A stretch of 64,000 nt of DNA from Rotaria socialis (taxonomy: Eukaryota), in the NCBI GenBank assembly GCA_905331295.1, contig CAJNYD010000106.1, forward strand, positions 62,001 to 126,000, written 5' to 3'. A program made the translations under genes and the position numbers. Of this stretch, positions 1 to 12,500 are shown one piece after another. Positions within the stretch are counted from its first letter, which is position 1, and every line of letters begins with the position of its first letter. The notes under the pieces are model-generated. The model was not told where the DNA came from, searched no databases, and saw only the letters and a program-made list of their open reading frames with translations.

Positions 1-281
1 GAACCAAGTTCAGCATAACAAAGGCCAGAAAGTAACGAAGCTATGCCAGCAATAATGAACGATAAAAGAACCCCAGGACCAGCTAAATCTCGTGCAACTG
101 TACCCGCCAATATGTAAATTCCAGCACCTAGTGTACTGCCAATGCCAAGCGTAGTTAAATCGAATACTGTTAAACATCGCCGTAATTGTGAATGAAGAGC
201 ATTGGTAGCTGAAATTCGTTTACGACGTGAAACAATAGCTAATGCACGTTGCATAATATTATTAGTTTCGATAGTTTCCAT
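1..281 (-). CDS. Cationic amino acid transporter (SLC7A1-4/CAT family, APC superfamily), N-terminal part; continues past the left edge of the window
   Basis: Manual translation from ATG at 281: METIETNNIMQRALAIVSRRKRISATNALHSQLRRCLTVFDLTTLGIGSTLGAGIYILAGTVARDLAGPGVLLSFIIAGIASLLSGLCYAELG. It contains the CAT signatures LRRCL..FDL..LGIGSTLGAGIY, AGP and GLCYAE.G. Confidence 0.93.
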   Translation of the reverse strand, partial: METIETNNIMQRALAIVSRRKRISATNALHSQLRRCLTVFDLTTLGIGSTLGAGIYILAGTVARDLAGPGVLLSFIIAGIASLLSGLCYAELG

Positions 282-2830
282 TCAAGTATCAATAAATAGT
301 GCATAAAAGACAATACAACTACGATTACTTTTTTGGTTTCATAAAGAGTTATTTTAATCTAATAAATTCTATCCTATATCAATTGAACTACAGCATAATC
401 TTTGCTAAAAAGTATTAATACAGTCTTCTACAAGTCGTCATGTGTAACACTCTCGACATGAACAAATAAAAGAGTATTATAAATGCAAAAAAAGGCTTTT
501 TTTTCTTTTTTCCTGTCGTATTATTTTTTTTTTATGTTCCAGCCTACTTCAGCTTAACATTAAATCGGCCGTCAAATGCAAAGAAACCCGCATATTCTCA
601 CATATACTGACATACGTAGCGCTTTCATGGTCGATACACATGTGCGCGCGAGAAGATTTTAATCAGACGAAGAAAAAAGAAAGAAACTGCAAATTCATAG
701 GAAGAAATATTTTCAAATACGTTCATATTCATCTGATTATATCTATCAACACAAGAGGTGTTTGCTCATTATAAAACTAAAAATGGGTTTCTATACACAC
801 GTAGTTATTACACGCATACGGAGTAGCTTATTTGTGTCGTTCGACCACATCACTCCGCCTCTTTAAGTTGTAATCGACCAGTAAAATAGAAGTAGACTGT
901 CTATTAAATTTATAATAAAAACGAAAGTGGGACGAATATTCTTTTCTTCTCTTTTTTTGTGTACATTCGTCTTGTACTAGCCTATTGAATATATTGAACA
1001 ACGTACGAACGTACACGCGTTTAGATGAGCCATATAAACAAATGTGTAGAGAGAATGAGAGAGAGAGAGAGAGGTATGAAGAGAGCCCCTCTTAAACCAA
1101 AAGAGGATGGTCTTGCTCGACTATTGTGAACATCACAACAATTTTACGTCATACAACTAGTCAATGAATGAACGAGCACAACTAAAAGGTGTTGTCTGGC
1201 TTTTGTTTTTACTTTCGTTTTTTCCCTCGTGCACTCATATGCGTGCGAAGTAATTCAAGCAATTATATATATATATATATAAATTGATGATTGATTGGAT
1301 GAATAATCTTTTTTATTTGCTTTTGAATAAGTATTATACATAAAAGTATTTATGATCAAATTAACAAGTTCATCTGATCTACTGTATACTTTTGCTCAAT
1401 CCAAGATAAGTATAAAAACCAAACAAAACAAAAGAAGCAGTGTATTTATCAATTTTCATTTTTTTCAGTTTTACCTATATGAAATTCAGTAAATGAGTCA
1501 TCTTAAATATCGACTAAAGCATTGTAAAATGGTTCAAGCCAGAATCAAAAAAACACTACTTATTATACTTTTTCCTCATAAATCATGATCTTATCGTTTT
1601 TTGTTTCATTCAAAAGCAAAGAGGATTATATTGAAACACCCAACAAATTATCTATTTTTTCCCCACCAGAGCTCTCTCTCTCTCTCTCTGCTCAGAATAA
1701 AACGCGTTTTGCCTTAGAATACATATGAGTGTTACAATGATATTACTAGGCACTTTGAGCGTGTGTGTATGTACGCATAGATGGACACACTTAGGCGTCT
1801 TTTTCATCGCCTTGCGACCTATTTTATGGAGAGCTCGTATATGTAACTTATCCATGTATATAAATAAAAGTATATGCACGCGTTTCGCCTTAGGTGAGAT
1901 GAAATAAATGTGCAACTATGGACGCTGGATCCTTATCAGTTTTCAATTTAATTCAAACTATAGCACAAGTGTCACCGTATGAAATTAAGAGCAGACGAAA
2001 TAATAGAATACTTCAGTATAGTGACGATTGAACAATCAAAATTGGCTACTGTTCTATGCGCAAAATTATTTGTATATTCGTATGTTCTCTTTATTCTATT
2101 TTGATGAAAATATACGCAATAGGTAGTCAATCTTATTGAAATGCTTTCAATAGACAAGAGCTGTTTTGTCTATTTGATTTATTGTAGAATTATTTATATG
2201 TATATTTTTTTTTTGTGAAACTTATTTCAGATGTATTCTTGGTCAAGCCCACGTATTATCTTCTCATTTATTTGAATGAGCTTGGTTCACGTTGAGCAAT
2301 CTTATATTCAATTATCATATTCTTGAAAGTATACAATCGGTTATTTGTATCAAGCGAAAGGAGAAGATTCTCAATACTTCTCCATCTCATATTCATTGTG
2401 AATTCGTATATTAGAAATCAAAATATACTCCAGTGAAGGTAATAACAAGAGAAAAATAACAAAACCTTTTTTTATATATACAAGCGCCTACCCTATAATC
2501 ATCGTTTATACGTTTGATACTATTTCTTATGGCATTTATCTTGTATATTAATCTACACATTGATTTCGTCCAATAGTTCTCTCTAGTGGTTGATGATTGA
2601 TATCGATATGTCGTCTAGTCGACCATAAAATTATTTGAAAAGAAAAGTATTGTCGAAAATAAGTAATGAAAATATAAGAGAGACTGTTTCATATCTATCT
2701 CGTACGCGTGCACTGATTCTCATTATTTGAGACGTAAAGTACGTTTCAATAAAAAGAGACAATCTCATAAATCAAACAATCGAATACTATTGACGATACT
2801 TCTTTTCTTGCTTTCTCTTGCTCTTCTACG

Positions 2831-3376
2831 GTAAGAAATACAATTTTGACCGACTTTCGATACGCAGTCGACACTGCAATTGATCGATGCAGTTTGTAGT
2901 GGTTGTCTGCGTCACAATTTTACTAACGTACTCTAGAGTGCATATATATATATGAAACGTAAGAGGCGACGGCAATAAGCAGCAATTGATCATTTAATTG
3001 CTTGAAGTAGGTATAATAGATCATACAACTAATATGCAAACACATCTACACTTTTACATGTGTGTGCGTGTATATGTGTATAATTTGTAAAGAAAGTATT
3101 TTGAGCCTTGAATTATTGATGCTATTGATCGTTGTCATCATGATGATATCAGATGACACAATAAATGGTCATGCAATATACATGAAGACAATAGAAAGAT
3201 AATGTTGGTTTCTATTCATCTTCCAACGTATATACATTCTGCGCACGTATATATGTGAAAGCAATAGAGCGACAGCCACTTGAAAGTATTAGATTGATAA
3301 GGTATCCTATAAAGAATAATCATTTTTCTCTCTATTCATTTCATATTCACTAAATATTGTTTTTATTTTAATGGAA

Positions 3377-3416
<40 letters not shown>

Positions 3417-3538
3417 TATCGAGGACAATATTGTCAAAGATTTTTCTTCGTCTTTTTACAAACACGAATTAAGTGGATGATTAAAATTAGACCTGGCCGA
3501 TAATGTAGATTATTAATTTTGTTCTATTTTCTTTCCAG
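2831..3538 (+). other. Probable 5'-UTR intron of the giant gene
   Basis: Donor ACG|GTAAGA at 2831 and a pyrimidine-rich acceptor TTTTCTTTCCAG|G ending at 3538, 6 nt before the ATG at 3545. Confidence 0.55.
3382..3410. repeat. (GA)n microsatellite
   Basis: Direct reading. Similar (GA/CT)n tracts lie near 1057, 1673 and 46293, and (TA)n tracts near 1264, 8272 and 40205. Confidence 0.9.
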
Positions 3539-3544
3539 GTTTTC

Positions 3545-6500
3545 ATGGCTGAACCATCGGAAACATCAGCAGGAAATATTAATATTAATTCCAGTTTCAC
3601 CACAGCGATTCAACCAACAAGAAAATTAGGCGGCCGTGGAACACCTCGCCGTAAAACACGTCGACTAAGTAATAATAATAATTATGCAGCATTAGTGGCT
3701 GCACGAACTCTAGAAACTAAATTAAAACCATTCCGTGCACAATACCAATTATATGATCAACAAGAATTATGTGATATTACAATTCTATATGAAGATGGTC
3801 ATGTTGATGTACAAAAGCAAGTTCGTATACATTCAACACGGCCAATGACCCTACATGAGATAGATTCATCGGAAACAGGTGTACAAACATATAATATTAA
3901 TGATCTTGATTCAGCATCCTCTGAATATTTATTTGGTAATCTTGATAGCTTAAAAGCTGAATTCTATTCTGAATCAATACCATCAGCAACACATGCAATA
4001 AAAACTGCAAATGCATCAAATTATTTTACTGGTTTACAACAGCGTCAATTTTATTCTCAACCATCTCATCACTATTTGAATTATACACCTTATCAATATT
4101 ATCCATATGGATATAATTCTTATGATAGTTATACGAATAATATTCGCCAAATATATGGTGATGTTAATGAAAAATCAGAAGATGAAGAAGAAAAAGAAAA
4201 AGGAAAAGAAGAAAACGAGCCAAATCCAGTATCAACAAAATCAAAAAGACGAAGACGTCGACATAAGCACCAACAGAAAACATCTGAACAATCATCATTA
4301 ACTGCACCGCCACCTCCTCCTCCTACTACTACTACTCAAGAAGATGAAATAATCATTGATAAGCCAATTGAACATCTCGAGCATGAAAATATCACAACAG
4401 AAAAACTAACGAAAAATAAACGACGAAGAATACGAAAGCCAAAAAAATCTCTTCCCATTTCTTCTGAAACCGGTGTAAAAATAGAAACTTCTATTAATAA
4501 TGAACAACCTGAACTAAATAACGAAGTCGTTTTGTCATCATCATCATCACCGCCGCTGCCGCCTATTCAATTTACTGAACAAGATTCTTTACGGGTTGAG
4601 TCTGTGAAGCAGCCGCGATTAATGTCAACGGAGTGCGTCAAACATGCGAATAGAAATACTTCTACTGAGCATGTTACGAACGTTCTAAATAAAAGAAAAA
4701 AGAAAGGAAAAAGAAAAGAAAAAGAAGAACTGCGACCAAGAAATTCTTCACGAACAACTACTGACATCAGTTATGATGACTGGACTTCAAACATTAGTGA
4801 CAGTACAAATATTGTTGACATACATAAAAACAATGATATACCCATAAAAAATTCATTACCTATCGCGAACAATGAAGTGATATCAAATGTTTCGAAAAAT
4901 CAAAACCCATCAGCAATAATTATCAGCGAACATGAAAACAAACCATTCAATCAAAATGTTTCTGTGCAGAAAAACAGAAGCAAAAATAAGTTTAATGATC
5001 AACAAAAAATAAAATTATCAAATAGTCAAAAACAATCATTATCGGATCACAGTGAAGTGAGTATTGTATATTTTTCTTTTTTGTTCTTCTTCAGTTGATT
5101 TTCTATAGACTAAATAGAGGCAAACATCTCTTCGTTCATATTTCTCGAAGGGCAAAAACAAGACATTAACGATATGATTAATGCTTTACTTTTATCATTC
5201 ATTTCATACAAAAATAATAATAAATAATATTTTTATATTGACCTTGATCTTTTTTTTATGATAGAGCTACTAAACATGCAAACTACTTATCGTTAGTTAG
5301 AAAAATGATTGATTAAAGCATGCTTAGTTTTAAAACCCACATAAAAATTGCAAGAATGTGTTTTCAGTCATATCTTTTTTCGTCTCGTAAGAGTTATTAA
5401 TATACTTTCAAGGTAAAAAAATGAAAACAGTTCCCTAATCTCAACTAATTCTCATTTAATCATGACTATTTACGAAAGAAGAGTCAAATAAGAAACAATA
5501 TTTTCTTGTTTTCACGTCAAGTTTAAGTTGTATTCAATTGCCAAATAGACAATCGTATCCATCGTATTGCTTTTTACAAGATAAGGATTTATATGACCGC
5601 ACACGCACAGAAAAACTTTAAAAACCCATAAACAACATTTTTCAAAAATAAAACATCGTTCTGCATCATTTAACGATTTTTATCTTAATAACGAACATAC
5701 AAATAAGAAAGTAATTTTCAAAAAAAAGCTTTGTTTTTTCGATACTATCAAATAGAATCGTAATAATGCCTTCATGAATTTGTATTGATCAGACTAAGAA
5801 ACAATAATTATTGACGCAAAACAAAAGAATATCTACGCTAATCAATCAATCAAATAGATACAGACGATATTATAAAAACAAATAAACATTCTTTGATTAG
5901 CAATTAAGCAACGATAGTCTTCAGGTTATATAACTGTATATTCATCATCGCATTGATCATTGCCCTCAGTAATTTTATATTCATACTGAGTTCATATCAC
6001 ACATGCAATTCCTGTTATGTATTCAAAAAGGAAATATAATTCATCAGTATATTTGTCACGTAGAGAAATTATCGCTAATGCATATAGTTCCTTTTCGTAT
6101 GTTTTACGAATATTTAAAACAGGTCGTTACCCTTTTGATTTAATATTATACATCATAAAATAATCTATTGCACGCTTCATTTCTTGAAAACAAAAGAAAA
6201 AATGAAGCAAAAAACAGAAGTTAAATGAGTTTTTTTGTTATAGACTAAAAATAGTCTACGAATATGAGTAAAACTTACACAAAACATATTTTTATTTAAC
6301 ACATCTGTTCCTATTTCTATTCTGTGCTCGATTTCTATTCTAGAACGTCAATACACCGCGAACATCTGATATTAACGAGATATCTTGTTCTAAGAAGAAA
6401 TTCGATATGAATGATGAACGATCAACGACTGAGTCATGTTTGAATAAAGTTCGCAATCAATTGTCATCAAATAACTCAATGTCAACGACGATAGAAGATA

Positions 6501-9500
6501 ATTCTGAACGATCACAGTCAACAACAACGCCAGCTGATATAGCCATCAGTGATGATTTATCAACGAAAGACAGTCACGCATCTGTTAACAGTCGCAAAGA
6601 CGAACATTGTCATGCAACATCACGATCTTCGTTATCCGACGCTGAGAATGTAACAGAAAACTTAACAATCACCAATAAAAAGCAATCACACACAGATTTA
6701 ACCGAAGCAACACATCATGAAGGAAGTCATTTGTTACACATCGAAAATATTAATAAACCAATCGGAACTCATTTGAATCCTGATGCACCAGATTTTAAAC
6801 CAAGTGATACTTCTTCAACGTATCATTCTGAATTGATACCTAGACATTCACAAAGACACGCAGCACATGTAGATTCGCATAGTATTCGTCATCCGCGTAC
6901 ACGCTATTATTCAGACACATATCATTATCCAGAATCTTCAAGTTCAATAGATACATCAACGATAAGACCATTATTATCAATTGTACCACAATATATTCCA
7001 TATGATCCACAATCATGGAGTGCAATAACTCAGTTGCCATCATCAGAAAATGTATGGCGTCCACATGCCTATAACGATGTATCAAATACAGCGTCATCAT
7101 ATTGTTCAAGACCGACTTGTCAAATTTATTCTCCGTTAATGCAACAACAACAACAACAGTCATTAAGCGACGTCAATCATTTGCATAATCAGCATCAAAA
7201 TAAACACGCAAGAAAGCGAACGTGCACTTTTTCTGGCCGTGCTTTGGTTCATACAAATCAAACAAAACCTATAAAGCGACAACGTTCTCTTTCCGGCCCT
7301 GAAACATCTTTGCAATCATCATTGTTGTTATCGTCATCGGAGCATCTTGATGGTATCCATTCTTTAACAAGAATTATGGTTGATATATTACGAAACATTA
7401 ATCAAGTCTCCGACGAACAAAAACAAAAATACGCATCAATGTCATCAACAAATTCAATTGCACATTCGCTAACTCAAAACAAATATCAACAGCCTTCTAG
7501 TCATTCTGATCGGTTTTACTTCGAAAACGAAGAGAAAAGTCAGAAATCTGATGAAACAGAAAATGACCTAGTTGATTACCATATATCTACGAAAGCTTCG
7601 CCGTTATTGCCATTACTGGTCGATAAAGCCACAGGTATTTTTTATGGTGATTAGTTCGTTTCTGCTTCATCTACTCAGGGTGAAGGTGAAAAGCGAATAG
7701 AATAGCGAGACAAAAACACAGAACAGAAAATGCCTGTATCATTGATTTTGCATTACATTTAAGAAAGAAAAATAGCGTCTTAATTTTTTTATGGATGATG
7801 ATGATGGCGATTATTAAGAATACTTGACGAGAAAAAAAACAAAACTACCGCACTTCACTGTATCGGAAGAATACGTAACACTTGACTATTGGAATACATT
7901 ATCGACATAAATATATATATTTATTTATTTTTTCTTTTTCTTTTTCTTTTTCTTTTTTTTTTCTTTTTCTTTCTCATTAATGTTAAGCAGGCGGAAAACA
8001 AAAGGAAGCTAAAAATATGTTTCACTGCACGCTTATGACTACTTAAAATTAGCTTTCTTTTTCATTAAGGCAACGGAGTACAGATCTCATTCGATTCTTA
8101 TATGACCCAGATTAATCTGTACAACGAATTTCTCTTCTTTTTGATGAACTATCAAATTTCTTTATTTGTATAGGAAAAGGCCGAGTTTAATATAAATGAA
8201 CATAGTTACATAGATTAAGATTTGATATAATAACAAAAAATAATCTCTGTATATCGAACATAATTGAACTTTATATATATATATATATGTATATATCTGT
8301 ACACGCAATCAGAGACGATCGTTGACAGATAGAATCCCCATTCAAACTCTTATGTAAAGCAATTCTTTTGTCATTGAAGAATGAATATTGATGAAATATA
8401 GGTTCGTTACTTGATTGTATCATCAATCGTTTTATGTTCGCATAGTTCATTACGATTGTCTTCGAAAACATTAAACGAATTAAAACTCATATGACAACAA
8501 TAGATACTGTATTTAACTATCAAACCAGTGTGTAGCTATGTATTAGATTGAAATATTTGCATTTTGGATATTATATCAAAAGGCAACGACGTTGAAAAAT
8601 GCGTGAGAGTCAATAAAAGAATGCACTGAAGCGTATAGAAAGATGTTACTCATAGAAGTAAAGGTGTCTGTACAATAGCCTGTCATTTGTAATTTTAGCT
8701 GACGGATTCTTTACTTTGAATAATGTCTTTTTGCGCTGTTGGTCTGTGTACGGTTGCATAACCTTTGTCATACTTATTAGTGAAATATGAAAATGATAGA
8801 TATCATTTTTTCTTCTTGTACAAGAAGAAAAACGAAAAAAGTAACTATTTAATGATAGAAATCATTAAATGTTTGTATGCACACAACACTAGAAATTAGT
8901 TTTCTTCATTTGATACTTCAAATATTTTTATCATCGATCGAGTGAATATTTCGATAAAGATCTATTTCGTCCCTTTTTCTTTTTATCGATCAGACCCGAA
9001 TGGACTCTTGAATATTGAATATCAGAAAGAAAAATTTAATGAAAAATTACATGCATATTTTTCTGTTTTAGCTATGCTTGGCGAGAATGAAACCTTGTCG
9101 GCAAATCTTGACAATAATCAACAAAAAAAAATATCATCATCGATGTCGAATGATACAAATGAAAAAAGCATAGTAAATACTTCGTCAACATTTTATGATA
9201 TTACCGATGCGAAAGAATCGATAAAGCCTACGCCTAATACTCTCCCAGGTATGCCTGCTGTTCGAAGAACTAATTGAATTGACGCTAACACATACATGGG
9301 TGTATGCACACATAACTTTTATTTTCGCTTCTTATTTATTATTAACTCTTAGGCAAACTGTAGTACGTAATATTAAAAATACACTTCGAGTCAAAACTAA
9401 TTATAAAATAGACACATCAATCGCTTCACTTTTATCCATCAGTATCGCGTTACATTCATAAATTTTTATTATTATTTTTTTTACTACTGCCTGTTCTTTT

Positions 9501-12500
9501 TACTATCTAGAAAACAATTTTGTTGTGTATGCATATATTTGTCTACACTTGTTGTATGTTTCTTTATTCTTTTTCTCTTATTCAGGACTTTCTACTGGAG
9601 AGCAAGAAAAAGAAAAATCCAGTAATCAAACTCGGTATATGGTAAAAAATCTTGCAGATGAAAATCAACACAAGCAGAACCAGACGAATTCTACACTTGC
9701 ATCATCATCACGTTCGTCTGAGCCAAGTAAATATTTTGAATTCTCTCCCAAAAACAAAATAACTTTATCAAAACCTAAAAAAATCAAGAGTAATTCTAGA
9801 AGAAAAACATAATGTACCCGCCATCGCAGATGACAAATGACGTTTTACAGTAATAGGAGACCTTCAAGCGCAGATACTCTCCATAGTAATATTGATGATG
9901 GTGTGATGAGAAAAAACAAAAGAGAGAAAGAAAAGGAAATCTACGAACAGAAGAAGAAAATTGGATAAGTAAAGAACGAGTATAAATACGAACAAATATG
10001 TACAATAATTCTGAAGGACGCAGAACAAAAGGCAAAGACGCAAAAAAAATGATTTCTTTTTTTATGGGATCGAACCTAGACCACTAGCTATAGCTATGAT
10101 ACGAAAATAGCAATAATAATAACAAAAAAAATACAAAATACTATTCATTATTTTTTTTCCCATTTGCTAATGTCCGTACTTATTTTTATTTCAATGTAAG
10201 AGAATGAATCTATAGAACATAATACTGATTTTGTTAAAAGGAAAAAATACAACAACATCATTATTGATGATAAATCGACGACAGACATATGTACCAGAAT
10301 CTAGCATGCCTATTGTGAATGATACTACTAGCATGTCGGCTGTAACTACTCATGATATTACGACAACATCTATCGAAAACGAGACCAACAACAACAACAA
10401 CAACAACAGCAGCACGAGTAAAAGGGATGAGCAATATGTACATGCTACGCTGAGTGGTGGTGAAAGAGCATCAATGGCTGCATTAGCAAATGTCGACGGT
10501 GGGGCCGAAAATGAAAGAGATGGAGAAAAGGGTGAAAGAGAAAAAAGAGAAGACGGGAATAGAAGAACGCCAACGTCGACGATGGCGAAAACGCAAGAAA
10601 AAACAGAGAGAGAAAGAGCAAAGCAAGCAAATAAATATATAGATTCAGTTACTTCGTTTACAAGCGAGCAGCACAGTTGCCCGAGCGTCGTCCGTCTTAG
10701 TGTTGACGACTCAATGGCGAACCGTGTCTCGGCGCCCTCATTTAATAAAAATAATAATCGTCAAAATATTTCATCGTCGAATAATCGTTCAAGTCGTTCG
10801 ACACTGACAACACACACGTATGCATCGACAAATACAGTAAATACAGAACCAACATATACAACAACACCGATAACGGGTGATCCTCGAACTCTTCATTCAT
10901 ATTATGTCTCATCACAAACGTATTGTCCACCATCGACGAGTCCGACTAATTCATTGACTCTTCATCATCGCGAATATGAACCTTCATATCCATCTATATC
11001 ACGTTATCGTACGCCATCTTCTACATCACCATATCGTAAGGCACATTACCTAGATGATTCGGATGAAGAAATAATCAATGAGGAAATACTTGAAATTACC
11101 GATATTAATCATTATCCAACATTAATCGAACGTTGGGGTGATGACGCGAAAACAGTGGTTAGAGAAGAAGGTGAATTAAAATTTGAAGATTTTGTTGAAT
11201 TTGAAGAAACTGATCCGACTGTTGTGGAAGAAATTTTCTATGAACTTGTCTATTCTGGTGATAATTTAAAAACATGCCGACAAATACATCGTTCACGTTC
11301 TGAATCAAGAAACTTTCGTAAAATAAAGAAACGTCGTACAAGACGAAAACGTCAAACATTAGATGGTACATCAACATTAACATCGCAACCAAGTTCAAGA
11401 GATACGAGTGGTACACGTTCACCATATAAAAATGATAATATAATTAGTCCTGAACGTTCAACTACACCAATACAATCGACACTATCTGATTCGTGGCAAT
11501 CAACTGGATTTCTTGCAGCTGATAAATCATCACTTGATGTATCTGTACGTAATCGTTCTGATGATCAAAATTATGTTAATTACGTACGAGTCAATGAAAG
11601 TGACCCTATTCGTTCACATACTCAAGTTCAACAAGTTCCACAAACGAGAATAGCAACTGGTTATCATTATCCATCGATTCCTATCGATACAAAACCTATA
11701 TCAGGAAGAAATCTATCTACAAATGAACGTGATTCTACACGTCGTGGTGACAATTTAAATGATACTGATCTATTTCGTTCACAACCACAAGTTTCACACA
11801 CAAGAATAACAACTGGTTATCATTATCCATCGATTCCAATCGATACAAAAGTTATAGCAGAAACAAACTTATACAATAATGAGCGTGGTTCTGCACGTCC
11901 TGACAATAATTTAAATGATACGGATGACTTCGTACCAATAATTAGTGAAGAACGAGGAGTAACAAAAATAAATATCACACCAACAAATAATGAATATCAA
12001 ACTAGCGACTTATTGTCAAGATGTCGAGCTGATGTAAATACAACTACATATGAAATTAGTTCTTCGGATGGTTTGTTAACATCTACTAGAACAACAGACA
12101 ATATCGAGCAATCAAGGACAACAATAAACGATCAAACATCTGCTCAGGGAGAAATCAACGACCGTAAGTTATTATTCTTGCTTGCCTTTGTTTCATCATA
12201 AAAGATCAAATAACATAAACATATTATAAATGTCTCTTACAAAAAGAAAACACTGAATTATAATAGACCTAGGACAATAAAATTAATCATTGTAACATTA
12301 TAGAAACCAAAAAAAATAAAAATAAAACCGATTCTTTAATATTGAACTTTGCAAGAAGAATGTCAATATTAGTTCTCAGTATAGCTATATGTCTTTATTT
12401 TAAAAATACTATTTATCATATCGTTGAAGAAACAGAATAATTAATTACTTATTTTTTTGTTTTTCTCAAGGTGAACTGGATTATTCTCATGATAGAGAAA

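Noticed and set aside
828..2157. Short ORFs between the transporter and the giant gene
   Set aside because: They are low-complexity and microsatellite-derived, with no motifs; the region is probably promoter or UTR-intron sequence.
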